Below the pieces are notes generated by a model. That model was not told the origin of the DNA, did not search any database, and worked only from the letters and a program-made list of their open reading frames with translations. The translations under genes were made by a program, and so were the position numbers. DNA of 63,992 nucleotides, counting the filler. It is 3 parts of 3 records of this genome, joined end to end, with 100 filler letters (N's around TTAATTAATTAA, not from the genome) between each part and the next. Parts side by side here need not be neighbours in the genome. Positions count along the whole stretch, not along the records: positions 58,390 to 63,992 come from SRR31156797_6641; 2 more parts are not named here. One strand, given 5' to 3'. Position 1 is the stretch's first letter. The number at the start of each line of letters is the position of its first letter. Of the stretch, positions 59,890 to 63,992 are shown one piece after another.

Positions 59890-60195
59890 TCAGGAGAACA
59901 GTAGCAAATCGGCGGGCGGCTCGCCTTCATCGAGCGCGTCCAGCACCTCATCGATCTTCTCTTCGGTCATCTGGCCAAACCACCAACCGTCCGGGTAGAC
60001 CACCATGGCCGGACCGCGATCGCAAACCTTCAAGCACCCCGTGCTGGAGACCTGGGCGTCGATACCGCGATCGATGATCTCCTCCTCCAGATATTGCAGC
60101 AGGTCAACGGCCCCCTTCTTGTTGCACACGCCCTGTGGCTCGCCCGATAGACGGAAGCTGTTACAGACGAGGAAATGGTACTGCGGCTTGCTCAT
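59890..60195 (-). CDS. thioredoxin-like [2Fe-2S] ferredoxin (nif-associated)
   Basis: HFLVCNSFR...GVC...STGCLKVCDRGPAMVVYP; AGGAG RBS. Confidence 0.88.
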   Translation of the reverse strand: MSKPQYHFLVCNSFRLSGEPQGVCNKKGAVDLLQYLEEEIIDRGIDAQVSSTGCLKVCDRGPAMVVYPDGWWFGQMTEEKIDEVLDALDEGEPPADLLLFS

Positions 60196-60224
60196 GGTCT
60201 TCTCCTGTTACGTTGATGGAATCG

Positions 60225-61478
60225 TTACATACAGCCCTTGGCCGCACCGGTACAGCCGCCGCAACGACCGCGCACGGCGTAGAGGTCCAGGTCGCCCCCG
60301 TCATAGATGATTTCCAGGGACCGCTCGATCAGCCCTTCGACGATGCCCACGCGAATGCCGGCCTGCTTCAGCGCTTGAACCGGTTTGTCTCCCGCGGCTG
60401 AGGTCAGAACCGCTTGGCAATCGCGCAACACGCCCGCCAATTGCCGCCAGCGCATCTCGCCTCCGCCGGGCGGGGTCTGACGCATCTCCACCAGTTCGAA
60501 ACCACCGTCGGACGGCTTGAAGATCCAGAGATGTTTCGCCTGGCCCAGATGCTGGTTCACCAGCAGTCCTTCCATACTGGCGACCGCCACGTAAGGCCTC
60601 TCTTCGCCCGGATTGATCGGGCCCGCGGCGGTCTCGCGCAGCAGCTTGATGGCGGCGCCCGGGACTTTGTCTCCCAGGCAACCCACGGCATCGGCGCGAC
60701 AGCGCGTGCAATGGGACATCTGCGGCATGTAGTGCCGGGCCTCGTTGCGTACGGACTCGACCACCTCGCGCTGTGGCTCGGCGATCTCCTCGAACGGCGT
60801 TCCGGGCACGGAACACATGCCAATGCAATTGAACAGATCTGCGCCCAACTCGGAAACCTTCTTCGCGACGTCGACAATATGGCGATCGTTGACACCCGGA
60901 ATGAGAATGCTGTTGATCTTGACGGTCAGGCCGTGCGCTTTGCAGAGCCCGATCGCCTCAATCTGCTGCTCCAGCAGGATTTCGGCGCCGGCGGCTTCGC
61001 GCAGGACTCTCTTGCCGTCCCGGACCCAGCCATAGATCTGGGCGCCGATCTCGGGATCGACCGCGTTGACGGTGATCGTCACGTGCGTGCCTCCGATCCG
61101 GGCCAGTTCGGCAATGTGAGCCGGGGCATTGAGCCCATTGGTAGCGACGCACAACAGCATGTCGGGGAACTCTGCACGGACCAGCCGCATCGTCTCCAGC
61201 GTTTCTTCGGCATTGGCAAATGCGTCTCCCGGCCCGGCGATCCCTACCACCGAGAGACGCGAGTCACGTGCGTACATCTTCTTCAGATAGTACAACGCTT
61301 GGCCCGGTGACAGCACGCTGCTGGTCACCCCCGGTCGGCTTTCGTTGAGGCAGTCGTATTTGCGGCTACAGAAGTTGCAGCGGACGTTGCATTGCGGCGC
61401 CACCGGCAGATGGATGCGTCCGTACTGGTGTTTCACGTCCGCGTTGAAACAAGGATGGTTCGATAGGTCCCGGCTCAT
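60225..61478 (-). CDS. nifB: nitrogenase cofactor biosynthesis radical SAM protein NifB with C-terminal NifX-like domain
   Basis: HPC, HLPVAPQCNVRCNFC.RKYDC.NESRPG, GIAGPGD, CTRCRADA, VNQHLG. Confidence 0.95.
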   Translation of the reverse strand: MSRDLSNHPCFNADVKHQYGRIHLPVAPQCNVRCNFCSRKYDCLNESRPGVTSSVLSPGQALYYLKKMYARDSRLSVVGIAGPGDAFANAEETLETMRLVRAEFPDMLLCVATNGLNAPAHIAELARIGGTHVTITVNAVDPEIGAQIYGWVRDGKRVLREAAGAEILLEQQIEAIGLCKAHGLTVKINSILIPGVNDRHIVDVAKKVSELGADLFNCIGMCSVPGTPFEEIAEPQREVVESVRNEARHYMPQMSHCTRCRADAVGCLGDKVPGAAIKLLRETAAGPINPGEERPYVAVASMEGLLVNQHLGQAKHLWIFKPSDGGFELVEMRQTPPGGGEMRWRQLAGVLRDCQAVLTSAAGDKPVQALKQAGIRVGIVEGLIERSLEIIYDGGDLDLYAVRGRCGGCTGAAKGCM

Positions 61479-61488
61479 GATCGGTCTC

Positions 61489-62874
61489 TCATATGTGGGT
61501 ATAGCCGATGGGGCTTTCTTCCTGTTGTTGTTCGATCAATGCGTTGACGATCCGGTCATAGAGCTGCTGGGCACCCCGGTAGCCGACATGCAGAATGCGC
61601 GAGGCTCCGATCCGGTCGTGGATGGGCAGGCCCACGCGGATCAACGGGATGCCCAGCTCGCGCTTGAGCTTGTAACCGTTGCTGTTGCCCACGATGATAT
61701 CCGGGTTGACGTCCTTGGCCGCCGTGGCAATGTCCCAGAAGTCCGTGTCCTCGAGCACCGTGACATCGGGCATCATCTCCGGGATCTGCTCGGCCAGCGC
61801 ATCGCGGAGCCGGCCACTGTACCCTCCGCTGGCACAGAGCGCTGGGATGATCCCGATCTCACTGAGAAAGCTGGCCAGCGCGACGACGAGATCTTCTTCG
61901 CCATAGACCACGGCTCGTTTCTCGAAGACGTATTTGTGTCCATCGACGTAGGCATCGATGAGCCGACCTCGTTCGCCGTCATACTTGTCCGGCGGGACGC
62001 GCCCGCTGAGCTGCGAGACCACGCTGAGGAAACGGTCGGTGTCCTTGACGCTGATCGGAATAGGCATCCCATAGTACGGGGTGCCGAATCGCTTGAGCAG
62101 ATAGCCCCCCGCTGAATCCTTGCTGCTGGCGGTGGAGCGAAATTCGATCGAGGCCCGGGCGCCGGCCGCCTTTTCAACGTCGGCAATCGACGTGCCGTGT
62201 TCGATATTCTTCTCGTACTGTCCCCAGATAACCCCATCGAACGAATCGGAATAGTCGGGCAACACCATCGCGGGCAGTCCGAAGTCCGTCATGATCTCCT
62301 TGAGGTAGCGCAGATCCGCCGGTGAGAGCATCCCACTGAACAAGTTGATCCCGTCGTGCTTGGTACCGCTTTGGGCCAGCGCTTCGATCACGGACCGCAC
62401 GGCACGGTTGAACCCGTCGGTGTGCGTTCCGCAATAGCTCGGCGTCGCCACCTGCACGAGCCTGGGCAGATCCGGATGTTGCTTCTTGATCTGGTGCAGG
62501 AACATCGGAACGTCGTCCCCAATGGTCTCGGCTAGGCACGTCGTGCAGATGCCGATTATCTCGGGGGCATACTGCGTCGCGACATTTCTCAGGCCGACCT
62601 CCAAGTCCTGCTTGCCGCCGAACACCGTGCTCGGCTCGGAGAAATTGGAACAGGCAATGTCGACGGGTTCACGATAATGACCTATGAGATAGCGGCGAAT
62701 ATAGGTCGCGCAGCCTTGCGATCCGTGAATGAACGGGACACACCCTGAGATCCCATGGTAGACCATGCAAGCCCCGAACGGCGTGCACAGGCGACAGGGA
62801 TTCCGTGTGGCGTGGCGGCAGCCATCGGCGTCCGTAACGGACGCTGGTGTGGTTTGGACTTTTGGTTTTCCCAT
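61489..62874 (-). CDS. nifN: nitrogenase FeMo-co scaffold subunit NifN
   Basis: NPCRLCTPFGA, HGSQGCATYIRR, CLAETIGDD, GLPIHDRIG; lies between nifE and nifB; TGATG coupling with the nifE stop. Confidence 0.88.
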   Translation of the reverse strand: MGKPKVQTTPASVTDADGCRHATRNPCRLCTPFGACMVYHGISGCVPFIHGSQGCATYIRRYLIGHYREPVDIACSNFSEPSTVFGGKQDLEVGLRNVATQYAPEIIGICTTCLAETIGDDVPMFLHQIKKQHPDLPRLVQVATPSYCGTHTDGFNRAVRSVIEALAQSGTKHDGINLFSGMLSPADLRYLKEIMTDFGLPAMVLPDYSDSFDGVIWGQYEKNIEHGTSIADVEKAAGARASIEFRSTASSKDSAGGYLLKRFGTPYYGMPIPISVKDTDRFLSVVSQLSGRVPPDKYDGERGRLIDAYVDGHKYVFEKRAVVYGEEDLVVALASFLSEIGIIPALCASGGYSGRLRDALAEQIPEMMPDVTVLEDTDFWDIATAAKDVNPDIIVGNSNGYKLKRELGIPLIRVGLPIHDRIGASRILHVGYRGAQQLYDRIVNALIEQQQEESPIGYTHI

Positions 62875-63992
62875 CAGCATGCCTTCCTTGTCGATTCCAG
62901 AGACGTCGCCTCTGCAGCGCCTTTGGATGCCCCCCGGCTGACGTTGCGGCGCGGCACCAGTTTCCATACCGGGCTGCACACGGACGAATAGACCTCTTTG
63001 GCGAAATTGAGCATTCCTTCGTAGCCGGCCAAGATTTGCTTGCGCTCGTGGTTATGATCGCAGAACCCCAGGCCCAGCTTGTAGGCGATCGGCCGCTCCT
63101 TGACGCCACCGATCAACAGATCCGCCTCCTTCTCCTGGACAAAGCGGGACAGCTCCACCGGGTTGGTGTCGTCCACGAGAATGGTCCCTTCGTCACAGAG
63201 TTCGCGTAGCGTGTCGTAATCCTCTTTGCTGCCCGTTTGCGAACCGACGACGACGGTCTGAACGCCCAGCGTGCGGAGCGAACGGACGAGGGAGAAGGCT
63301 TTGAAGGCCCCGCCTGTGTAGACGCAGGCGCGTTTACCGGTCAGTTTCTCGCGGTAGCGATTCAGTTCGGGCATGATCCGGCTGATCTCGTCCCGCACCA
63401 ACTCCTGGGTCTTCGCCAGGAGCGTTTGGTCCTGGAAGAATTCCGCGACCTCGTAGAGGGCCCGCGACATGTCCTCGATGCCGAAATACGAGACGTGAAT
63501 GAAGGGAATGCCATACTTCTCCTTCATGTCCCGGGCCAGGTGAATCATGGACCCGCTGCACTGAACGACATTGAGGGCGGCGCCGTGAGCCCGGCACAGG
63601 TCGCCGACACGTCCGTCACCGGTGCAGGACGCCACGACCTCCAGGCCCATCTGTTCGTAGTAGCGTTTGATCAGCCAGGTTTCGCCTGCGATGTTGAAGT
63701 CACCCATGATATTGAGACTGCGCGGTCCGATGCCGGTGGTGTCACCGGTGCCCACAAGCCGGGCCATGGCGTCGCACGCCGCCTTGTAGCCGTCCTTTTT
63801 CGTACCCTTGAACCCTTCGCTGTGCACGGGGAGGACCGGGATACCCTTGGCCTGCTGCACTCTCTTGCAGACAGCGTCCACGTCATCTCCGATGACCCCG
63901 ACGATACAGGTGGCGTAGACGAACGCGGCTTGGGGTTTGAATTGATCGATCAACTCGATCAGGGCGTGGTAGAGCTTCTTCTCGCCCCCGAA
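62874..63992 (-). CDS. nifE: nitrogenase FeMo-co scaffold subunit NifE, 5' part outside the window
   Basis: FGGEKKL, TCIVGVIGDD, GDFNIAGE, LNVVQCSGS, YTGGAFKAFS, GGVKERPIAYK, DHNHER. Confidence 0.93.
   Translation of the reverse strand, partial: FGGEKKLYHALIELIDQFKPQAAFVYATCIVGVIGDDVDAVCKRVQQAKGIPVLPVHSEGFKGTKKDGYKAACDAMARLVGTGDTTGIGPRSLNIMGDFNIAGETWLIKRYYEQMGLEVVASCTGDGRVGDLCRAHGAALNVVQCSGSMIHLARDMKEKYGIPFIHVSYFGIEDMSRALYEVAEFFQDQTLLAKTQELVRDEISRIMPELNRYREKLTGKRACVYTGGAFKAFSLVRSLRTLGVQTVVVGSQTGSKEDYDTLRELCDEGTILVDDTNPVELSRFVQEKEADLLIGGVKERPIAYKLGLGFCDHNHERKQILAGYEGMLNFAKEVYSSVCSPVWKLVPRRNVSRGASKGAAEATSLESTRKAC

Noticed and set aside
61478..61491. nifN-nifB fusion as in clostridia
   Set aside because: nifN has its own stop at 61489-61491 and nifB starts 10 nt later in a different frame.
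1..63992. CRISPR arrays, transposases, integrases, prophage, rRNA or tRNA genes
   Set aside because: None seen on reading. A tRNAscan/Infernal/CRISPR-finder run would be needed to exclude them formally.

Overview
The window is not one chromosome segment. It is three unrelated contigs joined by artificial 100-nt spacers (N44-TTAATTAATTAA-N44 at 29179-29278 and 58290-58389). Contig A (1-29178) looks like a Desulfovibrionaceae sulfate reducer (Maridesulfovibrio-like by my recognition). It carries cobA/hemD, valS, a BPL_N-like protein, flagellum-related genes (fapA, a FliD-like paralog, motE, fliJ) interleaved with truA, an MCP, a ferredoxin, two orphan solute-binding proteins, a liv ABC operon, and the aprA(partial)-qmoABC-qmoD sulfate-reduction cluster. 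Contig B (29279-58289) is a housekeeping region of a different Desulfobacterota-like genome: the 5' end of a large (Alu-type) SRP RNA, ihfB, cmk-rpsA-sppA, pilD with a sigma54 two-component pair, def-fmt-rsmB-rpe, yicC-remA-gmk, an IclR/acyl-CoA ligase pair, panP-nadA-tsaC-purE and smr-ychF-like. Contig C (58390-63992) is visibly more GC-rich and holds part of a nitrogenase cofactor cluster: nifE(partial)-nifN-nifB, a 2Fe-2S ferredoxin and a single-ORF ModA-ModB fusion. Most content is known housekeeping, and I saw no CRISPR, prophage or transposase. The best leads are the ModA-ModB fusion, a Smr nuclease coupled to a YchF-like protein with degenerate G2/G3 motifs, a FliD-like paralog without its terminal helix, an uncalled 54-aa four-Cys protein, and the large SRP RNA fragment. 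All family assignments are from motif recognition, not database searches.
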